Sequence record: ON210137.1
Length of the DNA stretch: 64,000 nt
Origin: Escherichia phage EC150
Strand: one strand, 5' to 3'
Numbering within the stretch: the stretch's first letter is position 1; every line of letters starts with the position of its first letter. The notes under the pieces were generated by a model. It made no database searches, was not told the DNA's origin, and saw nothing but the letters and a program-made list of their open reading frames with translations. The position numbers and the translations under genes are program-made. This document shows, piece by piece, positions 1-8,407 of this stretch.

Positions 1-38
1 GCACGATGCTGACCAGACTTTAATTCAATGGGTAAGGT

Positions 39-464
39 TTGATAACACTGGCGGCGGCAAGTATCGCTACTATGGCGATGAGCGATTCACCACTAAATTC
101 TATAAGGTACTCGACCATGGCTCATGTTAAAGACGAAGTGTTGTTTGGCGCAGAGATTAAGAAACGTGTCAGAGAAATGGCAGGAGAAGAAATAATGAAG
201 CCGCTGCGAAAAGGTTTTGATCACATCAATGGCGTATCCGGCACGAAGGAGATGGGCGTGTTGGTAAAAGACATCCGCATTGGCGATGTCATGGTCATCG
301 ACCGACAAGCACGAGTCGTTATCCAGGTGCAACCGAACGATGGTGAAGGTTGCGTCCTATTGAAGCTGAAGAAGCTTTCATCCAGCCCAGCAAAGGCCGT
401 CATCAAGAAGGTATGGCCCGAAGGATTACGCAAACTCATTCGTCGACCTGTGGAGAATGTGTGA
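39..464 (+). CDS. hypothetical early protein (141 aa)
   Basis: Long ORF at window edge, first of a tightly packed same-strand array; stop overlaps next start; no recognisable motif. Confidence 0.45.
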   Translation: MITLAAASIATMAMSDSPLNSIRYSTMAHVKDEVLFGAEIKKRVREMAGEEIMKPLRKGFDHINGVSGTKEMGVLVKDIRIGDVMVIDRQARVVIQVQPNDGEGCVLLKLKKLSSSPAKAVIKKVWPEGLRKLIRRPVENV

Positions 465-700
465 TGGAAGATTATATCAACGCCATGTATATGGCATTCT
501 ATGTCGTGCAACTTCCCAATGGCGCGGTATTCTATGGCGAGTATACCTTTGACGTTCAATATGACGTTTCAGAGCGTACAGTGTTAACAAGGGAGTTGAT
601 TGCGGACCTTAAGGACGACATCAAGCGCGTCGCGCGGCAGCAGTTCAATTTGGATGACACCGTCATCGTTCGAATTACCGGAATAACAGAGGTGCAGTGA
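464..700 (+). CDS. hypothetical protein (78 aa)
   Basis: Start adjusted to internal ATG that overlaps the upstream stop (TGATG); same-strand array. Confidence 0.45.
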   Translation: MEDYINAMYMAFYVVQLPNGAVFYGEYTFDVQYDVSERTVLTRELIADLKDDIKRVARQQFNLDDTVIVRITGITEVQ

Positions 701-1029
701 TGACCCGTGATCAGATACTCGCCGCGCATGAGCGTGAAAAGGTTAAAGAGATTTGGAAAAGGCACAACTACTTTGCCGAATCCTATTATTTCTTAAAGAA
801 GTGCATAAAGGAAAATGCAAAGATGGACAGTACAACATTAACATTTCGTTTATCTCCACATATAGCAAAGCTTAATGCGATATGCGCTTGTCGACTAGCA
901 AGTATGAAGTTCGATAGAGGAAATGACGGAGAGTTGACCATCTATCGATTCTCCCACCGGACCGGAGACACGAAGATAACAAGGACGCGTGAAGAGCTGG
1001 AGATTGACCTACTCCACTATGTAAAATGA
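700..1029 (+). CDS. hypothetical protein (109 aa)
   Basis: ATG 7 nt after GAGGTG, overlapping upstream stop; followed by hairpin plus U-tract. Confidence 0.5.
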   Translation: MTRDQILAAHEREKVKEIWKRHNYFAESYYFLKKCIKENAKMDSTTLTFRLSPHIAKLNAICACRLASMKFDRGNDGELTIYRFSHRTGDTKITRTREELEIDLLHYVK

Positions 1030-1038
1030 ATATCAAAA

Positions 1039-1068
1039 AGGTGAGCTAAATGCTTGCCTTTTCTTTTA
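1039..1068 (+). terminator. rho-independent terminator, copy 1 of a duplicated terminator-promoter element
   Basis: 8-bp stem AGGTGAGC/GCTTGCCT (two G-U pairs, so it folds only in plus-strand RNA), 5-nt loop TAAAT, then TTTCTTTTA. Confidence 0.5.
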
Positions 1069-1114
1069 TCAATACTTATACTCTTTTCATCAAGACTAAC
1101 AAGCGAGGTGAATT

Positions 1115-1363
1115 ATGGAACGTTATATAGATGCAGAGTGCTTGATAAGTGCAGGTTTGAATGAGGCTGTAGAAGGAAGTAAATATGCCATCTGTCAATC
1201 TGATTATCCGTACAAAGATACTTTTTGGATTGAATTTGGATCAAAAGGGAGTAAGCACCACGCCACTTATGACGTTTGGAAAGCACCAAGCGGACTTTTT
1301 TACATTTTAAAACGTCATTGCCAGCCAGAGTCAGGCGTATTGGCTGTCTTCAAGGAGGTGTGA
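1115..1363 (+). CDS. hypothetical protein (82 aa)
   Basis: GAGGTG ribosome-binding site a few nt upstream of ATG. Confidence 0.5.
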   Translation: MERYIDAECLISAGLNEAVEGSKYAICQSDYPYKDTFWIEFGSKGSKHHATYDVWKAPSGLFYILKRHCQPESGVLAVFKEV

Positions 1364-1365
1364 TT

Positions 1366-1683
1366 GTGATTTACTTAGGCATCGACCAGGAACAAGACGA
1401 GCGGTTAGGAAGCGTGTTAAACGTAGACTTGAACACAGCTGTACACATCAAGCCTTGGCCAGAGGACCACGGCGACGTAGTTGTACCCGTTGCGCCTTGG
1501 ACGCGTTACGTTGCCATTGACAATAACGGCCTTGTTCATTGTTACTCAGAAAGGCCAACGTATTTCGAGATGTACCGCGAATGGCTGATGACTAGTTGGG
1601 CAAAGGTGCGCTGTTGCGGCGAAGTCGGCCTGGAGGGGTGGAGCTTCGAGGCTAGTGAATCGTGTGTCGAGGTGAAATTATGA
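1366..1683 (+). CDS. hypothetical protein (105 aa, GTG start)
   Basis: GTG 7 nt downstream of AGGAGG, directly after upstream stop; Trp/Cys-rich product. Confidence 0.4.
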   Translation: MIYLGIDQEQDERLGSVLNVDLNTAVHIKPWPEDHGDVVVPVAPWTRYVAIDNNGLVHCYSERPTYFEMYREWLMTSWAKVRCCGEVGLEGWSFEASESCVEVKL

Positions 1684-1898
1684 ATGCCGTGCTGGGTAAG
1701 CTGTCTTTCAACAAGCGCAATGAGTTGCGCATGGTGTCTCGTTTTCAATTTTTATTAAATGCTATGTCAAGCGTTGCCATAGCAATGCTTCGCGCTGATT
1801 GCCCTGCTGAAAAGCGTGAGACTTTATTCAAGCGTCACCAACAATTACGAAATGCTGCTTATAAACTGCAGCAATATGCTATGGAGTATGCAAAATGA
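1680..1898 (+). CDS. hypothetical protein (72 aa)
   Basis: Start adjusted to internal ATG overlapping upstream stop (ATGA). Confidence 0.45.
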   Translation: MNAVLGKLSFNKRNELRMVSRFQFLLNAMSSVAIAMLRADCPAEKRETLFKRHQQLRNAAYKLQQYAMEYAK

Positions 1899-2287
1899 GA
1901 ATGAAGCGTTGCCCTTACTGCCACGATGTAATGCATCTTCCACATGAAGAGTTTGTGCAGCACATGACTAATTGTGATAAGAATCCTAAGAGCGAAAGCC
2001 AGCTTGAAGAAAGAATGTTTCTGGTGTCGTTTAAAGCTTCTGCCTATGGCGTGAAACTGGCTTATGGCGCGAGCGGCGCACCAAGTGCTATCAACTGCCC
2101 AACGACATTGAGAAGTGAAATCGACTCGATGCAGCTTGCGGCTTGGATTAACGTCAAGGAAGGCCTCACGCCGCACTTCATCGCGCGCATCCAGTCCCAG
2201 ATTCTTCAAATCAAGCGCGAATACAACCGCGACGTTACTGAAGTGAAGGTCTTGTCCATCACGCCGATGAATAAGGAGCTGGCTTGA
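1895..2287 (+). CDS. hypothetical protein, possibly zinc-binding (130 aa)
   Basis: CPYCHD...H...C Cys/His cluster near N-terminus; ATGA overlap with upstream gene. Confidence 0.5.
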   Translation: MRMKRCPYCHDVMHLPHEEFVQHMTNCDKNPKSESQLEERMFLVSFKASAYGVKLAYGASGAPSAINCPTTLRSEIDSMQLAAWINVKEGLTPHFIARIQSQILQIKREYNRDVTEVKVLSITPMNKELA

Positions 2288-2544
2288 ATAAGGGACCGAT
2301 GGCGCCACTGGCCCTTGCCGCGCGGAAGCTTCGACAGGCCGTTAATGGGTCGCGGCCCGTGGTGTTAACACTAGACGATGCAAAGGCACTGGTAGAGCTA
2401 CTCGACGAGAACAACCGACGCAAGAATAGAGAGAACACATTAAAGTACCGCGTCACGCCAGCCGGACGCGAGTGTGAAAAGAAAGCTTACTTGCGGCGTA
2501 AGTTAAGGTCAGTCGGTCTACACGAAGAAGCCGACCAGATTTAA
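2284..2544 (+). CDS. hypothetical protein (86 aa)
   Basis: ORF in same-strand array with start overlapping upstream stop; followed by terminator copy 2. Confidence 0.45.
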   Translation: MNKGPMAPLALAARKLRQAVNGSRPVVLTLDDAKALVELLDENNRRKNRENTLKYRVTPAGRECEKKAYLRRKLRSVGLHEEADQI

Positions 2545-2551
2545 TTCGAAA

Positions 2552-2580
2552 AGGTGAGCTAAATGCTTGCCTTTTTATTT
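2552..2580 (+). terminator. rho-independent terminator, copy 2 of the duplicated element
   Basis: Same stem-loop as 1039-1059 (AGGTGAGC TAAAT GCTTGCCT) followed by TTTTTATTT. Confidence 0.5.
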
Positions 2581-2622
2581 GTCTGTATTATACTTACTTC
2601 ATCAAGCAAAGGAGAGGTTATT

Positions 2623-2928
2623 ATGAGTACCGAAGCTATGAAGAGCAAGTTGTTTGAGGTGATGCAGCCCGCTGTCGAGTGCGGAGCTATTCAGGAGTTC
2701 AAAGAGACGCAAGAAGGCGGTGAGCCAGTATTCTTCTTCAAGAACAAGAAAGGTGCGGCGGCTGCGGTGATGCTCTTGAAGAACAGCGACACGACCTTTA
2801 TCCTTTGCGCAGGCGGTTATGACCTTGTTGCCGATGATGCCTACATCACCTGTGCGACGGGTCTTAATCCTATGTTAACGTTTGAGCGTCGCGGCATTCG
2901 TGTTGCGACGTTTGGAGGCGGTTTATGA
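2623..2928 (+). CDS. hypothetical protein (101 aa)
   Basis: Start adjusted to internal ATG 5 nt after AAGGAGAGG. Confidence 0.5.
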   Translation: MSTEAMKSKLFEVMQPAVECGAIQEFKETQEGGEPVFFFKNKKGAAAAVMLLKNSDTTFILCAGGYDLVADDAYITCATGLNPMLTFERRGIRVATFGGGL

Positions 2929-3110
2929 GCACCGAAGTCCATAACGCATCAGCACTGGTAAGCTTTTACCGAAACAAAGGCGTGTCGCTAGTTAAAACGC
3001 CGCAAGGCATGCTGTTCTTTGGCACGCGATTCCTTAAGGCTTCGGAGCGTGAAACGCTGTCTAAATTCGACCAGAAGACATTACACGCAGTTTGGAGAAG
3101 ACAGCAATGA
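2925..3110 (+). CDS. hypothetical protein (61 aa)
   Basis: Short ORF with start/stop overlaps on both sides. Confidence 0.35.
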   Translation: MSTEVHNASALVSFYRNKGVSLVKTPQGMLFFGTRFLKASERETLSKFDQKTLHAVWRRQQ

Positions 3111-3307
3111 CATCAAATCTTAAGGCCCGTTTATTATTCATCAAGCCGCATGTGCCGTATAAGATTAGTAAGCGCACCTGGATTAACATTTACAACCGCA
3201 GCGGCGACCGTTGTTTGTACAAGGCAAAGCGGCGCAAGAAGGTATATTTAAAGGCTGTGATGTCGCAACCCGTCGATGCATTCAACATCGGCGAAAATGA
3301 ACTGTAA
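3107..3307 (+). CDS. hypothetical basic protein (66 aa)
   Basis: Internal ATG overlapping upstream stop (ATGA); track ORF begins with TTG at 3092. Confidence 0.4.
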   Translation: MTSNLKARLLFIKPHVPYKISKRTWINIYNRSGDRCLYKAKRRKKVYLKAVMSQPVDAFNIGENEL

Positions 3308-3339
3308 ATCGGCTATCAAATTGAACTCGGAGTAAAGAA

Positions 3340-3849
3340 ATGAAAATCGAACAACTCGAAGCAGTATTGGAAATGGCTGTAAAGGCAGGCGCAATCAGAA
3401 GCTATAGCCGCGAGAAGTCGGATGACGCTGCGCACTTTTGTCGCAACTTCTATATCGTCGGCAACCTTAATGACCACTACACCATCGAGTGGTATACTAA
3501 TATGATGGCTCTTAAGTCGCGCACCATGGAGCTTTGGTGTGATGATGTCTGCTTATCCAACACCCATCCATCCTACGACGTTGCGTTAGCATTCTATTAC
3601 GGAAGCCGTCAACCTGTCGCCCACATCGGTGAGAAGTATGAGCACCTTAAGGCGCGACCAGAGGAATCAATGGACGGTTGGATTTATTGGGCTGGCGTCA
3701 ACAATCCTGTTCCTGGTAAGAAGGTCATGTTTAAATTGCGCTTCGGCTATGAATCTAAATCACCTGCTCTTTCAGATGATTTGAGATGGGAGATTGTTGA
3801 CGATGCTTATGCAACTGACATCATTGCTTATCGAGTCATGGAGGAATAA
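3340..3849 (+). CDS. hypothetical protein (169 aa) sharing a C-terminal domain with 5004-5429
   Basis: C-terminal ~58 aa (W.G.NPVPGK.V.F.L..GY.SK...SD.L.W...AYRV) is paralogous to the C-terminus of the 5004-5429 product. Confidence 0.55.
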   Translation: MKIEQLEAVLEMAVKAGAIRSYSREKSDDAAHFCRNFYIVGNLNDHYTIEWYTNMMALKSRTMELWCDDVCLSNTHPSYDVALAFYYGSRQPVAHIGEKYEHLKARPEESMDGWIYWAGVNNPVPGKKVMFKLRFGYESKSPALSDDLRWEIVDDAYATDIIAYRVMEE

Positions 3850-4190
3850 TGGAAGAGCAAGAAGGCCGTGAGCTAACGTTCGACGAGCAAATGCAAGAGC
3901 TTCAGCGCACATCGTCGCTGCGCGGTAAGGTTGTTGACATCGAGGCGAGCGAATCCAACCTCACCCAGTGGCGGCTCAAGTGCACCAGCACAAGCAAGGA
4001 TATGTTAAGCTTCAAAGTCGGTCAGACTTATTTGCTTTATGAGGCAAAAGGACTTATTATTGATGGAAGGCAAATTGTCTTCACGGTAGTCAGCGGAATG
4101 CATTGGTTCGTGAAGCGTGATGTCGAGGGCCGTGACATGTTTGTCGCAGGATTTCCAGAAACAAGATTCCAATTGGAGAAGGTTAAATGA
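3849..4190 (+). CDS. hypothetical protein (113 aa)
   Basis: ORF in same-strand array; start abuts upstream stop. Confidence 0.5.
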   Translation: MEEQEGRELTFDEQMQELQRTSSLRGKVVDIEASESNLTQWRLKCTSTSKDMLSFKVGQTYLLYEAKGLIIDGRQIVFTVVSGMHWFVKRDVEGRDMFVAGFPETRFQLEKVK

Positions 4191-4519
4191 AATTGAAATG
4201 GTACGTGGACCCTGAGACGACAGGCTCATACAGGTCATTCCAACGTCGCGGCTGGCCGATTTGTTACAGCGGCAATCCCGATAAAGAAGACTGCGAGATG
4301 CTCGCCGCGATAGTAAGTCTTAATCATGACGGCTATGAAGGCCACTACGCGAGAGCAACCAACCTTCGGCTCAAGGTGCGCATCCATTTCAAGGTCGCAG
4401 GCGAGGACCGCACCGGACTCTCCAAAGAAGAGTTCAGCAGCATTGCCGAAGCAAAGGCATGGCTAAAGGCGTTCTACAAGGCCAATCCTAAATTTTATCC
4501 AACTAAGGGTGCATCATGA
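4187..4519 (+). CDS. hypothetical protein (110 aa)
   Basis: ORF in same-strand array; ATGA overlap. Confidence 0.5.
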   Translation: MKLKWYVDPETTGSYRSFQRRGWPICYSGNPDKEDCEMLAAIVSLNHDGYEGHYARATNLRLKVRIHFKVAGEDRTGLSKEEFSSIAEAKAWLKAFYKANPKFYPTKGAS

Positions 4520-5007
4520 CTAACAAAACGCAACGCATCAATTTTGAAGGTAAAGAATACGAAATAGACGCTCGTGCAAGATTCGTTGCGCGCGATTCTA
4601 ACGGAACCATCTGGGCGTATGAGGGAAAGCCTGCATGGAACGATTGGTGCGGCCAGTGGGGATATGCAATTGGCGATTCACTTTGGTGTAAGCAAATTGG
4701 TGATGGAAAGATGTTCAAAGAGAATAAACCATCATCACGTGATTCATTGAAGGAAGTCGAATCAATCAAAATCCAAGACCAAGCGCCATCGACAGATAAC
4801 CAATACGCAGTCGGGCAACGTGACATCGAGCAACTCGACGAGGGCGGCTATTATACGCGCCACATCTATGCCATGACGCATGAAGGACTTTGCAGCAAGT
4901 CGGACATCGCCGCTGAACTGGCCCATCGTGACTTACAAATCGACCTTCTCAAGATAGAAGTGCAGAACTTACGAAACACCCTGTTAAATACTTGGAGCTT
5001 AAAATGA
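4516..5007 (+). CDS. hypothetical protein (163 aa)
   Basis: ORF in same-strand array; ATGA overlap. Confidence 0.5.
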   Translation: MTNKTQRINFEGKEYEIDARARFVARDSNGTIWAYEGKPAWNDWCGQWGYAIGDSLWCKQIGDGKMFKENKPSSRDSLKEVESIKIQDQAPSTDNQYAVGQRDIEQLDEGGYYTRHIYAMTHEGLCSKSDIAAELAHRDLQIDLLKIEVQNLRNTLLNTWSLK

Positions 5008-5429
5008 TACAACGTTACGACCTGACATATGATGTGGTATCAGAAGATTGCTCCATCACTCCCGTTCCAGAGAGTCATGAAGGACGTTTTGTTGCATATG
5101 AGGACTATGCCGCGCTGGAAGCGAAATACAGTGAAGCGCAACGCGAGTTGGTTGCATTACGCTCACAGGTCCGTGATGCATCGGTGCTTGTTAAGCAGTT
5201 GCACGACGTTGTTGCTACTATAGGCGTGGATGATGATGCGCCGAAGGAGGAAGCGTGGACCGTGTGGCTTGGTGGCGCGAATCCGGTGCCTGGGAAGATG
5301 GTTGAGTTTGAATTACTCAACGGTTATAAATCAAAAGAGGCCGTCCCTTCGGATAATTTGAACTGGGGTGCAGTGGCAAGCCCGACTGGCGCAAAGATTG
5401 TTGCTTATCGGGTCGTTAAGGAGGGGTGA
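5004..5429 (+). CDS. hypothetical protein (141 aa) sharing a C-terminal domain with 3340-3849
   Basis: Internal ATG overlapping upstream stop, GGAG 6 nt upstream; C-terminal ~58 aa paralogous to 3340-3849 product. Confidence 0.55.
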   Translation: MIQRYDLTYDVVSEDCSITPVPESHEGRFVAYEDYAALEAKYSEAQRELVALRSQVRDASVLVKQLHDVVATIGVDDDAPKEEAWTVWLGGANPVPGKMVEFELLNGYKSKEAVPSDNLNWGAVASPTGAKIVAYRVVKEG

Positions 5430-5962
5430 TGGGCGGCTTTTGGCGTAAAGCTAAATACTCTAAAGACTTGCATTACTTCTTGGATAATGAAGGCATAAGT
5501 ATATGTGGTAGGTACAGAAGGGATAATGAATCAGCGTCGCAAAGTAATAAGGCTGAATGGTTACTCAAGGAAGAATGCAAAGTTTGCCGCAAACGTTTTT
5601 GTGACAAAACTAGCATAACTGATTACATAAAGGAGCTTAGAAAAAGATGTAAAAGCCCGCAAGAGTTTGCCATAGCTCTTTGGGATGATCACCCTGAGTT
5701 GAGAAGCGAATGGTTAAAGACTGATGCAATCAATTATATCTTCAAATCGAAATACAGGACGACAGCAAGATATAAAATGGATGAAGCAGTAATTCAGAAG
5801 GTATTTTCTTATTGGAGGGATACAGTCGATATTGTGAAAATAAAGAAATACCAAAACGAAGTGCTGCTGGAATTGGAGAGGATTGGCTATAAAGTCACCA
5901 ATAAAATGATAAAAGAAGAAATAAAAAGGAGAACGGAAAAGGGACTGATGCCTAAGATATAG
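5426..5962 (+). CDS. hypothetical basic Cys-containing protein (178 aa)
   Basis: AT-rich coding region whose composition differs from neighbours; no recognisable domain. Confidence 0.45.
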   Translation: MMGGFWRKAKYSKDLHYFLDNEGISICGRYRRDNESASQSNKAEWLLKEECKVCRKRFCDKTSITDYIKELRKRCKSPQEFAIALWDDHPELRSEWLKTDAINYIFKSKYRTTARYKMDEAVIQKVFSYWRDTVDIVKIKKYQNEVLLELERIGYKVTNKMIKEEIKRRTEKGLMPKI

Positions 5963-6209
5963 TGAATAAACGAACACTGTTTACGTGTTTTGAAGAATGG
6001 AATGTGTGCAATGGGTCGCTTTATGCGGCCTTTTGTCGTTTGGGTCGTGTTTTGCGATGGAATAATTATGATGAGGTGTTTTATTTATTGATTGTGCGGA
6101 AATATTTAGAAATATATTTCATAGGTCGTGTCTATTGGTCCGTGGTGTTTGTTAGATTATATCTATGGATTGAAATTTTAGTGTCGTGAAACGTGGTGTT
6201 TGAACACAT

Positions 6210-6575
6210 TTGATACGCCTAAAATACGGCTAAAAATTAAGCGTATCATGGCTGCAGGCCGCGTCGTTCCTGGATTCTTCTTTTTAAAATTGGTACACCC
6301 TTACGTCATGATACGTCATGGTTTTTTATCCGTATCAGTGTACAGCCCTTGCCGCGCCTGGCTTGTACATTAATCTTACGGATGATACGGATAAAACTGG
6401 GCATCGTTATATATAAAACTCCAAAAATAAATAAACTCCATTTTAAAAACATTTATATTAATTTTTTTCATATCCTCATACTTATGTTAATTTATATATT
6501 TAACGTATCATCCGTAAGATATAAGTAAAAACAAAGACTTGCGGCAATACGGATGATACGTCATGATACGCTTCA
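6210..6575. repeat. repeat-flanked AT-rich element, copy A
   Basis: Multiple copies in both orientations of CGTATCATCCGTA / TACGGATGATACG (9-mer unit TCATCCGTA) flanking a ~100-bp AT-rich core (6400-6500); homologous to 22190-22460. Confidence 0.6.
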
Positions 6576-6717
6576 ACCAGCCAGCAGCGGCTAAGTCATT
6601 GATTTGCATAACAAGCGGCGAAAGGGATGGATTTCTTTTATACGTATCAAACAGTACACCACGCACCACGGTCCGCTATTCATTCAGTACTATGATTTGT
6701 GTACGTTTACAGCCAAT

Positions 6718-6746
6718 TTGAACATCAATCTGCACTTGAATATAAT
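6718..6746 (+). promoter_or_regulatory. sigma70-type promoter, near consensus
   Basis: TTGAAC, 17-bp spacer, TATAAT, about 50 bp upstream of the ATG at 6799. Confidence 0.55.
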
Positions 6747-6774
6747 GTTCATTCATTGTATAATTCACACTATT

Positions 6775-7981
6775 AATTTGCACTATGGGATTTGCACTAT
6801 GAGTCAAGATTATGTAGCAATGCCTGAAGACTTTGAAGACCCGCGATTTGCAGAGCATAATCAGGCATTATTCGATGAGTTCATTGACCTTGTTATTCAG
6901 GGCCATGACATGCGCGCAGCTTTTGCACTAGTATTTGGCATGGAGGTTGCGACCGATAACTACACTGGCCAGCGAGTCCTCTGCACGCAACGCAATCCGT
7001 ACTACAAGATGCGCTACAAAAAGCGTATGGAAGAGATGCCATTGAAGGAATTGTGGAGCGTAAAGAGTTCCATCCACAATTTAGTGAAGCTTGTGCGTGA
7101 TCCAGAAGTCGCGGCGTCAGCCAAGCTTAATGCCATTCGTGAACTGAATATCATCTACGGCATCACGATGATTGATGAGAATGGCAATAGTAAAATGGGC
7201 CGTTCCATGGACGATTTCTACAAGGATTTTGGAGAGGCAGCCAAAGAGGGTGAGCAATTCTCCCGCCACTAGCCAATTTGCACTATAAAACGGCCCTAGA
7301 ACACATTTTCTCCACTTCTAGGGCCATCGGTAATACGACGGGGAAGGTTACAACCATAAACGCGTTAGAAAGTGTATTATTATAAGTCATCTTTTAGTCA
7401 CTTTACGTAACAATTTACGACCTTCCGCCGTCCAGTCGAACGACTCCACCAGCAGATTTGCACTATAACCTAAGACGATGCGCCCTTTCTCGTTATCGAC
7501 CCGCCAACAAGTCTCGAATAGCATTCGATTTGCACTATTAACTATCGCCGCAACGCGCGCTGGGTAAGCGCAATTTGCACTATGGTCGTAAAGGGATAAG
7601 GTGCGACCACTTCCGATGGACAACGTAGCGATGAGAATAAGCGTATTCATAAGCCACCAATTTGCACTATGAAAAGCGACCCCGAAGGGCCGCCATTCGA
7701 TTAGATGATCTGGAATGTGTATGACTTGTTGCCGAACTCGAAGTTCAAGCGCCCAGCTTCCTTAAGCTTCATGCGGAAGCGAATGTGCTTGCTATCCGGT
7801 AATCCCAGCGCGATGAAAGCTACGCGGACCGATTTGAACTCGCCTACACCCTCGACCATAACGCCGTTACGGGTGAGACGCTTTTGCGCCACTTCCTTAT
7901 TATCCCAACTTTTTGCAATGCCTTCGCTATTCGAACGGCGATGGGAAGAAGTTCCATTTTGCACTACGCAATTTGCACTAT
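6775..7981 (+). repeat. array of 9 same-orientation copies of an AATTTGCACTAT-like 11-12-mer
   Basis: Copies at 6775, 6790, 7275, 7456, 7528, 7572, 7659, 7956 and 7970; irregular spacing; two copies overlap the start of the 6799 gene. Confidence 0.6.
6799..7272 (+). CDS. hypothetical protein (157 aa), possible regulatory or DNA-binding protein
   Basis: ATG embedded in a motif copy and downstream of the near-consensus promoter; function is inference only. Confidence 0.5.
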   Translation: MSQDYVAMPEDFEDPRFAEHNQALFDEFIDLVIQGHDMRAAFALVFGMEVATDNYTGQRVLCTQRNPYYKMRYKKRMEEMPLKELWSVKSSIHNLVKLVRDPEVAASAKLNAIRELNIIYGITMIDENGNSKMGRSMDDFYKDFGEAAKEGEQFSRH

Positions 7982-8327
7982 CGTTTAGGCCGCTCTTAAC
8001 GAAGGCTTCATACTCTTCGTCGGTCATCGCGTCGAGTTCTTCCTGAGTCGGCTCAGACTTTTTAACGACCGCACGCGCCTTATGCGTTTTTACATCGCTG
8101 GGCACTTCCTCGCGCGGCTTCGCGTCGGGAATGGGCGATTCGTTGGACGGCTCATCGAGCGCGTTCAAGGACTCGATTAACGCGATTACGCGAGTCTCGG
8201 CGGTCCGGCGGTCCGCGAACTTTTTAATCGGCTTCGAACCGGAATTTGCGTTGTAAAATGCAACGAGGTCGGCGGTCTTAGTTGCGATAACGTCGCCGCT
8301 AGTCGAGAAGCGATTTAAGCTAACCAT
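7701..8327 (-). CDS. hypothetical protein (208 aa)
   Basis: AGGAG 6-7 nt upstream of start at 8327; 5' half CpG-rich like the adjacent island; 3' part overlaps two motif copies so extent is uncertain. Confidence 0.5.
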   Translation of the reverse strand: MVSLNRFSTSGDVIATKTADLVAFYNANSGSKPIKKFADRRTAETRVIALIESLNALDEPSNESPIPDAKPREEVPSDVKTHKARAVVKKSEPTQEELDAMTDEEYEAFVKSGLNDSANCVVQNGTSSHRRSNSEGIAKSWDNKEVAQKRLTRNGVMVEGVGEFKSVRVAFIALGLPDSKHIRFRMKLKEAGRLNFEFGNKSYTFQII

Positions 8328-8407
8328 AATAAACTCCTATTTGTTAGGGCGCTAAGCGCGAAAGAATTTTATTAAAGCGCCGCGCACGACGCTCTTAAAA
8401 TCCTCTC

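Noticed and set aside
5962-6189. 75-aa plus-strand ORF
   Set aside because: G/T-rich repetitive sequence giving a Phe/Val/Leu-rich low-complexity product; region looks regulatory
6210-6575. DnaA-box cluster interpretation of the TTATCCGTA-like repeats
   Set aside because: The repeat differs from the DnaA box consensus TTATNCACA at the critical CAC positions; origin function remains possible but not via canonical DnaA boxes
6799-7272. Calling this gene the small terminase subunit
   Set aside because: No recognisable small-terminase motif and it is 8 kb from the large terminase on a different transcription unit; left as hypothetical
7387-7650. 87-aa minus-strand ORF
   Set aside because: It is built across four copies of the AATTTGCACTAT motif (which translate to the recurring SANC-like peptides) and has no convincing ribosome-binding site; more likely non-coding regulatory DNA
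6775-7981. CRISPR array interpretation of the AATTTGCACTAT repeats
   Set aside because: Repeats are only 11-12 bp with irregular spacing (12 to ~300 bp) and no uniform spacers or nearby cas genes
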